Positions 1-13,094 of a stretch of DNA of 64,000 nt are shown one piece after another. The stretch spans positions 2,409,311 to 2,473,310 of the forward strand of contig NC_069000.1 of the NCBI RefSeq assembly GCF_001194135.2, given 5' to 3'. The DNA comes from Octopus bimaculoides. Taxonomy: Eukaryota. The translations under genes were made by a program, and so were the position numbers. The notes beneath the pieces are model-generated. The model had not been told where the DNA came from, did not search any database, and worked only from the letters and a program-made list of their open reading frames with translations. The first letter of the stretch is position 1. Each line of letters starts with the position of its first letter.

Positions 1-299
1 GAAATATTTTGTATAAAAGTTCAATAAGGGTTAATGTTTTCAGAAAATAATATTTCTACTTATATTGAATAATGAAGTAGTTTTGAAGTGACGAAAAGAG
101 GTTTAAATAAGACATCGAAAAGTAACGTAATGTAACAGTTATCTGTTTTAAAAAAATGATTTTCAACCTATTTTTTTTTGTTATTAGAAATGGCTGTTGT
201 AACTATACTTGGTTTTAGTGTAATTGTGCTAGCTATCCGCCAAAATATACAGTGTAATGAATTAGCAAACCTACTGTAAGACAATACCTATGTTTCAGC

Positions 300-320
300 A
301 CACACACACACACACACACA

Positions 321-382
<62 letters not shown>
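300..382. repeat. (CA)n microsatellite
   Basis: Near-perfect CA run of about 40 units. Confidence 0.95.
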
Positions 383-384
<2 letters not shown>

Positions 385-1483
385 GATACAGGCACTCACA
401 TATGTACACACGTTTATGTATATAGGAAAGGCAACAGGATTTTATGCGCCATGAACGGACATGAGCTGAGAATCGAGAGAAGCCCTTCGGCTAATCTTTT
501 CTGATACAACTCGGGAATGTATAACTAGTTGTTTTACCTTATTCTCAACTATCAGGAAATCCCTTCTGAAAAGATTAAAAAAATGTGTCGCAGCGCCACA
601 CACTTCTTGTAACTATATTTCTATTATCTCCAATAAACGCCTAAACTTAACTTATTCTAACGTTTGACATCCAATTATGAATAAGGAAATAAATACAACA
701 CAAAAATAAATACGGCAGAAATAAGATTTAGACTTTTATACGCCGTCTCTGTATTTCCTGGCAATAGTTACTGGACTGCTGGGGAAAAAAATGATTAAAA
801 CTTGCAGAAGTTTTTCCATAATGAAATTTGTGTACTGTATCTTTTCTTTCCGTTTTCATCTTTATTCCATTCTTAAAATATTAGCGCTAGCGTGAACAAT
901 TTCAAATGCTTACTCTATATAATATCAAATTTAATTACTGAAGTATGAGAAAACTGCAGCCTGTAATATCATTTCACAATCACTATCTCGAAGATAAGAT
1001 TTTCAATCTACAATAGCGGAGTCGCTAAATCAAAACATAAACCATATGCATATGGTAAATTAAATTTATATTGTTTTGAATTATTAAATATACTGAAAAA
1101 GACTTAGAAATGAAATTTAGAGAACGTAATTTAGTAATTTCTTGTGAAAATTTCCTACGGATGCTTAGGATTACGTTAACCATCATAATTCTTCGCATCT
1201 ATAACATATCAAAATAGATAATATGAAGAATATCAATCGATAAATTTTCATATGATTTTTTTTTATTGTATATTCATTGTAAATTGAATTCAACAGAATA
1301 GATATACAATATATAATTGTATCTACTCACAATGTAACAATTTAGTATAAGATCTGCTAAATCTTAGATGTCAGTTGGAAATCTTTAATTTATATAATGG
1401 GAGTTACTGAGAAAAAATAATCTTTGCCAAAGTATAGTTTCGAAGTTTATAAAAACTATCTTCATTCAATTACAAACACACAC

Positions 1484-1514
<31 letters not shown>

Positions 1515-1884
1515 AATACATATGCACACGCATACATATATTTATATATATGTGTATGTATGTGTGTCTTCATATATATGTATGAAAAGACATACAAACA
1601 CGTGCAGGCACCCCACCCCGCACACACATACATGTATAACCCAAATTATTGGTCTTTCGATGCACGTGTACCAAGACAAACCTATACATGCGCATATACC
1701 TGCAGTTAGTTACATACCCTCACAACGACAGCAAAAAAAATACTCAATACATATGACAGAGTCAACATTCGGCAGACATTGTGTGGGTTCTGGTTTCATT
1801 CCTGAAGAAGGAAGCACCATTGGTTCATCGATATATATATTTTTTGTAATTTCTTCGTATTTTTGATAGATAAGACCGTCTTTA

Positions 1885-2320
1885 CAGTGAGAATAGTGTG
1901 ACTAATTCTAATTGTCTCCTGATGGTGAACATGTTACCAAAATAAAACTTGAGATCATTGAAAAAATGTGTGGGGATGATAATAATTTTATTCTTTTCTT
2001 TATATCACAGCATTTAACCATGGCATTCTGGTAAGAGATTGGCAATGGGTTCCTTGCAGGTACAAACAACAATACAGATAAACTATCACCCTGGGACACG
2101 CCTGTCGATCGTTTAATTGTGTTTGTAATAATAGGCGTTGCTTATTAGTTGCCAGTAATAACCGTATGGACCATGTTGTTGTCAGTCTTTCAATGACATT
2201 TGCTATAGCAACCAGGATTTTGGCAAGGTGTGTTTATCCTCTCAACCATGAATCGAATGCTTTCTTGTCGTCTAGACATAGTGTTAAAACGATTGTGGCG
2301 ATGTTATCAGTTATCATCTA
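1885..2320 (-). mobile_element. Decayed reverse transcriptase fragment of an RLE-type non-LTR retrotransposon (R4/Dong-like)
   Basis: Minus-strand manual translation with frameshifts/stops gives LDDKKAFDS..WL...LAKI....I..L...W ... GVSQGDSLSVLLFVPARNPL ... FF-NDLKFY, matching the LINE RT motifs WLDYKKAFDSVPH, QGDSLSPLLF and YMDD; the supplied ORF 1908-2099 carries the QGDSLS part. Confidence 0.8.
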
Positions 2321-2392
2321 TATATGTATAAGTACGTACATATACACGCACTCAGACAAAGACGCACACACATACACACATACACATAAATG

Positions 2393-2439
<47 letters not shown>

Positions 2440-4008
2440 CTATGCATGTATATATTCAGATGTATGTATGTATGTAGGTGTGTGTGTATGTGTGTGTTTG
2501 TGTGTCATTATACATACTCATACATAACCGAACCACGGATTATTCAGTTTGAGTAGTAATTTTGGGATTTTGTTACTATGCTATCAACCAAATTTGTCCC
2601 AATTCTAATGGGTGTTTTGTTATGAAATCCTTTTAAATTGGTCTCCGAGGTTTTATGCTTGCAACATGAAATATTAAAAATTTGGAAGACAATTCATATA
2701 TTAATTCTTTAAAAGAATATTAAAAAGTGAAACAGTATAACAGAATCTCACCTGAATGGTTAGTAAGAGTATTCATGAATTAATTGCTAGAATATCTTTT
2801 AATTGCTGCATTAATATATAAAATAGAAATGGGGTTTTCAAAAAAGAAATAAACCACTATGGAGCGTTTTCATTTTCAGCAATTTAAAATGTTGATATTT
2901 CATTTAATGATGTTTTAGAATTTTATGACAAATGCAAACGAAATATATTTATTCTTATCAAAAGCAATATATACATATATATAACACAGAAAAAAATATT
3001 TTTTATATTTTTAAAAGCCTATATTTTAAAACCATAGAAAAATAACTAGAAATATTCTAAATGTAATTCTAAGACTGTCTTTTATGATAATTTTATACTA
3101 ACACAAAGGAAGAATTTTGATGTAGAGGTTTAAAAATCTCAGTTTGAAAGTCATAATATGAAAGTGAAATGGAAACATTAGTGAAACAATTATTAAATAT
3201 TTATCAGATGATCGGAATATATAAACAGTCAATATATTTATGAAAGGGTGACAAAAAGTTTATCAAAGTAACTAATGGGAGAGCTTCTTTGATTTCTATT
3301 TGTAAAATTAGACTAGTAAGCGGAAATGGCTAAGATATGTAAATGAGATTAATGTTTGCAAAAAAAAAAAACAAAAAAAAAAACAGAAAAACAAAAAAAC
3401 GAAATCTTTTCAGCAATGCAACTGAGGCGTTTAACAAAATACGAAAAATGATTTCAATGAATGAGAACAATGACGAAAACATTCTCTTTGCGTACTTTGT
3501 TTAAAGATCCTGTAATATTTCGGGAAACATTTCCCTTTTCAAATAAAAGCAACAAATATGAGTTTATGCAAGAGATATAGTGACTACTTTAAAGGAGATC
3601 TGTATAAGGAGTGGTGGACTTGGCGTAAACATGATCTTGGAACTGTAACAAACTAATACTGGGATACATTACACGTTAAGGGCAAATAAGAACAGGTCTT
3701 ATGAAACAATATAATAATATTGCAATGAGCTAAAACACTTGCACCATAAAAGATACAGGAGAAGGTACCACATTGCTTTAGCCTACGGAGGCAGTGCTTT
3801 CGTCTCCGTGTATAAGTATGTACAAAATCATTCTTATTTTGTTTTAATTATATCTTAAGCTTAAGGTCCTTCATTTATTTCTGCCGATTTGCTTTAAATT
3901 ATATCTCTTTTAAGTGTAAAATTTAGTTGATCCCTCCTCCTTTTATTATATAATAATTTCTATCATCGCAAATATACTGTTAACTCCTTTCTTAAAGTTC
4001 ATCGTAAC

Positions 4009-4052
<44 letters not shown>

Positions 4053-4063
4053 AGCATGTATAC

Positions 4064-4094
<31 letters not shown>

Positions 4095-4744
4095 CATGTA
4101 TGTATGTATGTATGTGTGCATGTATGTATATATGTGCGTATACCGTCGCGAAGTTTTTCACAAAATATACAAATTATTGAATTGAAAGTTTGAACAGAAT
4201 TTTTCGCATGTACTTTCACTTTCGCTAGTGATAACTTCGTATCCAAGATACATTATTTTGATTTATATGTTTTTATTTCGACTTACATTTAGTTTCTGCA
4301 TGATTATGATGGCTCAGTATGATATTTTTGTTTATTAATCAATGTTATTTTATTGGTAAATATTTTATTTCATGGTGCTGGAATTTTACGTTGTGTATCG
4401 ATTTTAATCTTTTAACTATTTCTATCTTCAATTTATGGCCGCCATATTAAAAAAAACTTGCAACTTTGTAGCTATCTACACTTAGATGTTTCCTATATTT
4501 ACTTACGTTCGTACTTTCATTATTGACTTTGTGGTTTATCTTTGGCTGGTGATTGGTGCTCGATATTCTGTACATTCGGTGTGGCTTCATTTTATAGTTT
4601 TCTACTTTATGCTTGTTTTCCTTGGGATAGATTTATTTTCATGATTTGTATCTTCAATATGTCATATTTTAAATGTTTTAATTTTCTTTATTTTTCTTTC
4701 CTCTCTTCTTTGCTTGATCAAATATATATGAAAGTTCACCGTAC

Positions 4745-5055
4745 TGAAGACATTTGCTTTGCAACCAAATGGTTTCGGGTTCACACCCACTAGGCGGCTC
4801 CTTAACCAAATATTTTCTATCAAATCTCCGGACCTACCAATAACTTGTGAGTGAATTTGGTAGACGGAAACTGTACGGAAGCCTCTCGTGTGTATATATA
4901 TTTGTGTGTGTTTGCGTTTCTCTTTGCTCATCGCTGCTCCTTAGACAGTGTTGCTTTATTTACGTTTTCGTATGTTAGCTGCAGCAAAGGTGTCCGACAT
5001 AATCAATACTGCTAGTGATTTGTTCGTCTAAACCCTTTCAGGTAGTCCCCTAGAA
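4745..5055 (+). mobile_element. SINE family A, old degraded near-full-length copy
   Basis: Contains ggtttcgggttcacacccac (B-box region), gtgagtgaatttggtagacggaaactg, a short internal TA/GT repeat and a degraded 3' module (gatttgttcgtctaaa); homologous to copies at 9908 and 61805. Confidence 0.7.
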
Positions 5056-5384
5056 TGCTCACTTTCCATTGCCTTGCATAATAAGAAAATAGAAGAAACA
5101 CTATCTTAATTACACTATACCGACAAACAATATCTCATTTTTATAATAACTGGTACGCTGGTGTGTAGCAATCAGCCGAAATTAGACTTTTTGTTTTGAA
5201 AAGAAGGAAAGACCTATTGGATAATTTTCATCTGAACACTCTGGAAGGTCGTGGCTAAAATGCCTTCGTTTCTAGTTTTGTTTAATGATCAACTGGAAGA
5301 TAAAAATATCACAGTTATGATGATTGACCGACAAACAGAAACTTTGATATGATTTTGCAACTTCAATTAAAAAAAAGTATATAT

Positions 5385-5440
5385 ATATACATATATATAT
5401 ATATAGATAGATAGATAGACATATAGATAGATAGTTTAGT

Positions 5441-5487
<47 letters not shown>
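5385..5487. repeat. (TA)n-(AGAT)n compound microsatellite
   Basis: Directly visible tandem units. Confidence 0.95.
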
Positions 5488-5488
<1 letters not shown>

Positions 5489-6993
5489 ATAGTTTTATTA
5501 CAATTACCTTCACTTGTGCGTTGCCCAGTGTTAGGAAGAAAATATCTCCATTATATGAAGGCTAACATTGGACATTGTATTTCCCAGAATACTTTTTCAA
5601 TCATGTAAATCTAACTTCCTATAAAGCGTGTAAATCCTGTTTCTGCACTACAGTAGCTGTCAATCATTAGGTACTTATCTTTAAAAACGGCCAATTCTGT
5701 AAATCGTATATAAATCTATATCAAATTTGCTCTCAATACTTCGTGATTCGAAATTCTGTAATGTCTTGTATATACTTTATCCTAATAATTCTCAATCCAA
5801 GTATTCTAATATGTAATAAGCTCGTAGCTCTCAATCTTTTTCAGGCCTGTATAATATACCATATTCAGATAAAATATTGCTATAGATATAAAAATAACAA
5901 TTTAAATTTCGTGTATGTCCAATATATTGAAATGTGTCACCAGAGTATACAAGTATCATAAAATATAAGTAAATATGTAGACAGAGGCATTCTAGTGACG
6001 AGTTAATCATCGGATTTGCGTGAATACTTCAACTGGTAATTTGTAAGCATAGCTAGGTAGGCATACAACAATGATAGAAAAACCAGGAAATAGTATGTCG
6101 TGGAATCGTAGTATAGTAGATCGGAAAACGACTACATATAATGGGGTGAGGTCTCACAAATGACACATCTACATGTATTTGGTGGCACTGTGATATTAAA
6201 CGCCATAGTCAGATATGTGTTGATATCAAAGCCGTTGGTGTTGGTTCAATTCGATCCTCCTGTAAAGGCGTCAAATGCCCCTTTTCTCTAACTAACGTGT
6301 CTAATTTCACACCGAACTAGCATAGATATGGCTAACATTGCATACATATTTAAAATATCTTTCAGATACAAAGTATTCTTTATAAATATTTGAATTGAAT
6401 AATTCAGTAGACTGTTGCACTAGTTATCTACTGGAGGTGTTTATATTGATTTATCTGCATTTAGAATACAGAGAGAAAAAAACGAAAAAATCAAGAACAC
6501 AACTTAGTATGAAACGATCAATACCAGAAGATAAAATATTTTTAGAAAAAGCGTATTTATTTGACAGGTGTGATAGAGAGAAAATATCTATAAGGTATCA
6601 CAATTATTTTAATTATTTCAGTGGCCTTATCTTTATTTTGAGATTTCGCTGTACAACCAAACGCAGGTCTCTAAGTTTCAGATACATAGAAATGTATTTT
6701 TTTGTGTCTGCTCTATTAAACTGGAAGTGATTTGCATAATTTATGCAAATTGCCAAGCAGATGTTGTTTCATTTTATAGTATATATGCATATGTCCTAGA
6801 ATCTTTGTAATGTATCTGTCTGTATCTTTACTGAATTTATCCCACGACACAGTATTTCAAGATTGACTTCATTCTCTTTATCTCTGCTACCAGACACTTT
6901 TCAATTTTTTTTTTATATCTGTCAGCTCTTAACGACATTCTTTATTATCTGTTTGGGAACAGATAATATTATCCTGAAATACTCGATCCCAAG

Positions 6994-7600
6994 TTCTTCT
7001 TCTTCTTCTTCTTCTTCTTCTTCTTCTTCTTCTTCTTCTTCTTCTTCTTCTTCTTCTTTCCTTATTGGCCACAAAGGCTGAACACAAAGACAATTAGGGA
7101 TAATAAAAAACGAAGGACTAGTGGTGTTTAAAATAGAAAAACGTGGAAACAATGAAAACAAAAACGGTTAACAAAAAAGAAAATTAAACAACAAAATTCC
7201 TCAATAGACGGGGGTTCCACCCAGGTCCAACCTGGGTACCCCACACATCCTGGTCACCCCGACTTCCAAGAGCACACTAATTAGGCACCCCTGTTCTTCT
7301 CAACTGCTCCTACTTACAGACGAATATTCAGAGTAAGCCCATTCACTTGAGCCATTTTCGCAACATCCACTCACCTTTTAAAAAAACTTACTGGGGTGGC
7401 AGTACTTCTCTCTCTACCCTCACTTTTCTTTTTAAGTGGAACTTGAAAAAGTCAATGAGGGATCGCCCGAAGAAGAAAGTGTCTGTCTTCAGTCTTTTCC
7501 ACCTCGTGTACCACACTACTTCTTATGCTATGGCCATCAGACAGAGGAAAACTGCCTTTCCTTCCCGGCCAAACGAAGGCGACAGGCGATCATCACAATG
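6994..7600 (-). mobile_element. 5'-truncated Tx1/L1-like LINE 3' end (ORF2 C-terminus, 3' UTR, (GAA)n tail)
   Basis: Minus frame reads GREGKAVFLCLMAIA*EVVWYTRWKRLKTDTFFFGRSLIDFFKFHLKRKVRVEREVL, resembling the C-terminus of L1/Tx1-type ORF2 (clade assignment from recall); it is followed by a GC-richer then T-rich UTR ending gtggccaataaggaaa(gaa)n at 7070-6994. Confidence 0.6.
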
Positions 7601-7696
7601 AAATCGGCTGATAATCGTCCTACAACTAATTTAAGTCTATGCACACAAGAACACACACACACACACACACAGAGACCTATACATACACATGTGTGC

Positions 7697-7741
<45 letters not shown>

Positions 7742-8844
7742 TATACGAAGGAGTGCTGAAAAGGGTATCTGCAAAAGCCTGGTTGGTGGCCCAAACTTCC
7801 AATCTTTTGATAGGGTTTAGAAAAAAATACCCTGAAGAACACCTGAAATAAATGTGTCAATCCTCCTCTATTTTCTTTTACCTAAAGCTAGGAACGCTTC
7901 AGCACCCACTCGTATATCTGTGTATATACAAATTTGCTATGCGCTAGTTAATATACACATTTGCTATGTACTTTGTCATTCAACACAAAGCAAAGAATGT
8001 AGTAAATTCGCTTGTACTTGGAGTCGAATACGACTACTTTATATATACAATGTACTTTAGCTACCTTCTGTCAATTTAAATTTCGTTTCTACTATTATTG
8101 AATTATCCAGTATATTTACATTTTTTAAAACTTTCTTTCCAATTTGTAAATTCGATATCTTTTAATTAGTTCTACCGTCTTAAATTCATCTCGTCACGCG
8201 AAAAATTCTTTATCAATTCCTTTTATTAATTTTGCATCCACTTTCTGATTATGTGATTAATTCAATATATTTTATTTCATTTTTATGAATTTTACTATCA
8301 AGTGATTCCTAAAATTAAGAAACCTAACTAAAGAAATCTGTTATTAATTTTAACGAGAAAATAATCCGCTTAGAAGAAATATTAATATACTTTTTTAAGG
8401 ATAACCAATGATAATGATTGTGATCAAATAACGTGGAGAAAAATATTAGTTGCTTGGTCGATTTTGTTCACAACAAAGTTTCGAGTGAGTGCGTGAGAAA
8501 AACCTTACTTTGATTTAATTCGTTACCAAAATATTCTAACTTGTATGTGCGTTAGAATATTTCATAACATTACCCATAAATTATGGTGCCATATGTTGGC
8601 AGAGAAGACGCACGGAAGAACTAAATACACCTGTAAGACGGTAAGCTACCAAATCGTTTAAGATACCTGACAAAATGAATAGAAGTATTTTATATTTCTT
8701 TATATACGAAATACATATTGTTATTTTACACGTTTATGTATATTATAATGCATATATTATATACACCTTATATGACACGTATATTTTATATATATTTTCT
8801 ATGATACATATATATATAAATATATATAAATGTATGTACACACA

Positions 8845-8848
8845 CATA

Positions 8849-8908
<60 letters not shown>

Positions 8909-8944
8909 CATCTATCTATCTATCTATCTATCTANNNNNNNNNN

Positions 8945-8986
<42 letters not shown>

Positions 8987-8987
8987 C

Positions 8988-9033
<46 letters not shown>
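8845..9033. repeat. (ATCT)n tetranucleotide microsatellite with 10-N gap
   Basis: Long TATC run interrupted by N at 8935-8944. Confidence 0.95.
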
Positions 9034-9034
<1 letters not shown>

Positions 9035-9117
9035 ACTACATGCATACATACATAGATGCATATGAAAGTATAAATAATATTTATACATAGATGTCTCTGT
9101 GTATGTGTGTGTGTGTA

Positions 9118-9152
<35 letters not shown>

Positions 9153-9290
9153 ATTTCATGTTAGCGACTTCAGCAGCTCAAACTGTAAATTTAAAGATTA
9201 AATACAATATGAGGAGTGCTAGGAAATCTGTGAGAAATGATTGAGATTATCTTTTTATATGACCCGATCTAAATACTTTGACACATAGCA

Positions 9291-9328
<38 letters not shown>

Positions 9329-9614
9329 GGAGTTTCGTAAATTTTATATGATATCCCATTTTGGATAATAAAAAAAATATTATCGATTGATGAAAGGAAA
9401 ATATTTCAAGTTGAATATTTTGAAAAATTTAGTTGTATATTTATTGGAAAAGTGATGTAGATGCGATCAGTTTTGAAAATTAATTTTTGATGTTCGATGT
9501 GTAAATGTGGGTCACTCTCTGTCTCTGTTTGTCTTCTCCCTCTCTCTCTTTCCCACTCTTTCTGTATACGTATTATGTGTGTGTGTGTCTGTGTGCGCGC
9601 GCTAGTGTGTGTAT

Positions 9615-9830
9615 CCATCTTTTATTTTTGACTTGTTAGACTCCGGCCATGCTGGGGCACCAACATGAAAAATTTGTAGTCGAATGAATCGATCCCTGTA
9701 CTTTTGTTAATGCTAGACATTATTATCGGTCTTTTGGCGAGTTGCTAAGTGAAGAAGAGGTAAAGACACTATCAGCAGTTGTCAAGCGGTGATGGAGACA
9801 CAGACAAAAAGACAGAGAGAGAGACACACA
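9615..9830 (-). mobile_element. SINE family A, 3' half
   Basis: ggccatgctggggcacc...gtcgaatgaatcgat...gttgtcaagcggtgatgg...acacac is the reverse complement of the family A 3' module seen at 10125-10318 and 50944-51075. Confidence 0.8.
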
Positions 9831-9907
9831 CACTCAGACGTATACACATACACACAAACACACATACATACACACACACATACTCACACACATATACACC
9901 TCACACA

Positions 9908-9994
9908 CCTTGGATAAGTGTCTTCGACTATAACCTGGGGCCTACCAAAGCCTTGCGAGTGGATTTGGTAGACGGAAACTGAAAGAAGCCCGTC

Positions 9995-10059
<65 letters not shown>

Positions 10060-10072
10060 AGTGTGTGTGTGT

Positions 10073-10115
<43 letters not shown>

Positions 10116-10318
10116 TGCGTTTGTCTCCCAGCATCGCTTGACAACCGATGCCGGTGTGTTTACGTCCCCACAACGTAGCGGTTCGGCAAACGAACCGACA
10201 GATTAAGTATTAGGCTTACAAAGGATATGAACTGATGTCGATTTGTTCGACTAAAGGCGGTGCTCCAGCGTGGCCTCAGTCAATTGACTGAAACGAATAA
10301 AAAAATAAAAGAATAAAT
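9908..10318 (+). mobile_element. SINE family A, 5'-truncated copy with long internal (TA)n(TG)n microsatellite
   Basis: ccaaagccttgcgagtggatttggtagacggaaactgaaagaagcccgtcg-(TA)n(TG)n-gcatcgcttgacaaccgatgccggtgtgtttacgtcccc...gtcgatttgttcgactaaaggcggtgctccagcgtggcc...gaataaaa tail. Confidence 0.9.
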
Positions 10319-10621
10319 CAAATATTACCTGACTTTATGGAACTTTTATTCCCCAATGGGAATCATCGCCTCGTGGGACACAACTTTGAACAATCAGCCA
10401 AGATTTGATATGTAAAACTTATACACCAACTCTACGCAAAATTTCTAACCCTTTCCATCATCAAAGTGCGAACATTAAACATTAATGATGCTGATGATAA
10501 TTTACTCAAAGAAAACCACAACACCTGAAATCCAATAGTTTCTTTTAATATATTGATTACACAATTACAGAAAATAATGAAATGCGTATACAGGTGTGCA
10601 ATCACGGCAATGTTTAATTAA

Positions 10622-10921
10622 TTAACTGGAAAACTCGGAAATTGATTTTTCTCCCATCGTACGGTAAACAATGGAACAGAAAAATGCAGTGTATTGTGAA
10701 TTATAGTTATCGAAATGATAGTCTGCCCTGGTACTGTATATCGTAGCAGTTTCTGTTCCATTTACAAACTGGTTCGTATATATCTGCTTTCGAAAAGCTT
10801 CGTACGTAATCTTTCGATCTTGAAGCGGTAAAACCTGAGGCAAATAGCGTCTACTAAAATCTTTGATTAACCCGTCAATTTCAGGGAAGTTTTGTTGATA
10901 GAAACAAGAGCGGAAATATAA
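10622..10921 (-). CDS. Candidate terminal coding exon of an unidentified protein
   Basis: About 100 open codons of non-repetitive, protein-like composition (LYFRSCFYQQNFPEIDGLIKDFSRRYLPQVLPLQDRKITYEAFRKQIY...EFSS*) starting exactly after a tttcag acceptor (10922-10927). An ORF this long can arise by chance in a window this size. Confidence 0.35.
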   Translation of the reverse strand, partial: LYFRSCFYQQNFPEIDGLIKDFSRRYLPQVLPLQDRKITYEAFRKQIYTNQFVNGTETATIYSTRADYHFDNYNSQYTAFFCSIVYRTMGEKSISEFSS

Positions 10922-11499
10922 CTGAAATACATACATACATGCATAGATGTATATATAAATACATACATACATTTATATATAGATATGTATGTATAAAGAG
11001 AGCGAGAAAATAAGAGACACAGAGAGAGGGAGAGAGAGAGAGAGAGGAGGAGTAAGACGAGATAGGAAGAAAGAGAGAGGGGGATAGAGATATTAAGGTA
11101 TTTGTCCAAGTGGAGAAATAGGGAGAAATACATGGAAGACAATATACATTTCGGTCGCTTAGAAAAGATGCGTCGAAAACCATACACTGTATTTCACACA
11201 GATACATGGTGATGACGTGATTGCTACATTAAACACTACATTAAAGGATGCTGTTATTCACAGAATGCTTTATATAGAATAAAAAATGAATTAAATAACT
11301 AACAGAAACTGATTGTAAAATAAGGGATATTGTTTGCGCCTATATTTATCTTTTATAGAAACATAAAAAGATAAGTTTGGGGGAGTAAACGGCTCCTCAT
11401 TATCAGAGTGAATGTCAACTTTTCTATGGATCCTGGTTTAATGAACCGCAAAGTCGTTTAACCTGAGTATTGTACCTAGAACAAAACTTCCCTTTTATT

Positions 11500-11720
11500 T
11501 TTTGATTGTTTGTCATTAGTCTGCGGTCATGCTGGAGCATTGCCTTGAATTTTTTTTTAATTGAAAGAATGGGTCTCAGTGATTAATATTATTTTCATCC
11601 ACGTACTTAATCTGTTGGTCGCTTTGGCCGAACTGCTAAATTATGTGAACGTAAAAAGACCAACACCAGTGGTCAAAGGGTGGCGATGGACAGCACACAA
11701 AGACAGTATCGCGCACGCGC
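11500..11720 (-). mobile_element. SINE family A, 3' half, degraded
   Basis: ctgcggtcatgctggagcattgccttg...ttggccgaactgctaaattatgtgaacgtaaaaagaccaacaccagtggtc matches the family A 3' module in reverse. Confidence 0.75.
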
Positions 11721-12626
11721 ATTTGTGTATGTGTATTTTTGCGTGTGTGATGGAAGACTATAAATTGCAAAGTTTAGAAGAACAAGTGTTACATTCAGCA
11801 TATTTGTACAAGACTCTCGCGTACGCACACCATGCAGCGGCACAATGCTAAGATGCTAGAGGATAAAAAAGTTGTATAGCCTGCAAAAATCCTTGCAGAA
11901 GATTAAGCAGTGAAGCCGTAATCATATAGCAAATATAAAGACGTAAAAATTGAACGTACATTATCATGTAACTACTGACATGAAAGCCTAACGGGAAATG
12001 TTTTGTGCATAATAAGCAAATAAACATGTAGCTGGCGGCTAAAACCCTAAGAGTAAAAAAAAAACTTTGAAGAAGAGCTGCTATGAATTCATCCATTATC
12101 TAAGAAACAACACAAATGCTATGATAATACATTCTTGAAAACATGACTGTGAAGCTCTAGAAACGTCAAATAAGAATTAAGGAAATTGTTACAAACTATC
12201 TGTATAACTAATAAAATTGTATAAATCATCTAAATGAAATTTGAAACCGATCACACACAAACATTTACAAATACGCACATGCACACATATGTATATGCAT
12301 ACAAAGAGGGAGACGCACACACAAATACACATACGCATACACATGTATGTGCACTGGATTTACCTCCCACTAATTTTCTCGCAATCAAAGCAGAAAACTA
12401 TTGTCGCTGTAAGCCCAGAGGACACATTAGCAAATATTCATCACTGTGGCTTCAAATAATACTTCATGACTGCACACAATATGATTTCAAACTGATATTT
12501 CAATCACATGAGACAGCGTTGTTTAATCGTATAGAAACCCTGTTTGCTTGCAATTATTGAATTGCTCTCATCCCTCGGTACATATTTACAGTTACTTGAA
12601 CATACACAGACCTGACGTGTATGTTA

Positions 12627-12768
12627 CTATAGACAGTCGTTTCTATTAACAATGGAACCCAAAACGAGCCCGTGGCTGTCTGTCAGATAGCTTCTCGTGA
12701 GGCCATCTGAGACTTGCATGAAAATCAGTGGCCGTTTCAGAGTAAAACAATTAAATTTATTTAAGTTC
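12627..12768 (-). CDS. Candidate last exon of a putative minus-strand GPCR-like gene
   Basis: Acceptor tattttcttgtttag (12769-12783); only the phase-2 frame is open (NLNKFNCFTLKRPLIFMQVSDG...NDCL*), compatible with the exon 82 bp upstream. Confidence 0.28.
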
Positions 12769-12850
12769 CTAAACAAGAAAATACAGTTGGAAATTTGAAC
12801 AATTGCTCCTTGATTAAACAACAGAAATAGGCGTATTTAACAATATTTAC

Positions 12851-12934
12851 GCAGTGACGATGGTTTCATAAAGCGGCAAAGAATCCAAATAAGCTGAGAA
12901 GGATCCACACATATTCCAGTAAATCACTGAATTC
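12851..12934 (-). CDS. Candidate internal exon (phase 2-2) of a putative GPCR-like gene
   Basis: Acceptor catttttccctgtag, donor gtaaat; 84 bp encoding NSVIYWNMCGSFSAYLDSLPLYETIVT. Confidence 0.3.
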
Positions 12935-13094
12935 CTACAGGGAAAAATGCTTCTCTTTCATTCTGTTAAAATTAAATTTCTGCTGCATTAATTTGGTTAT
13001 TATTATCTATTTATTAGAATTATGGAAATATCAGTAAGTATACATGATTAAGAAGTTACATTTTTATGCTAAATGCACGTAGGCTTTGGTGAAT

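Noticed and set aside
1795-1845. CTGAAGA hammerhead-like core
   Set aside because: No GAAA at the right position and no stem III; a similar partial motif at about 59555-59580 was rejected for lacking stem II.
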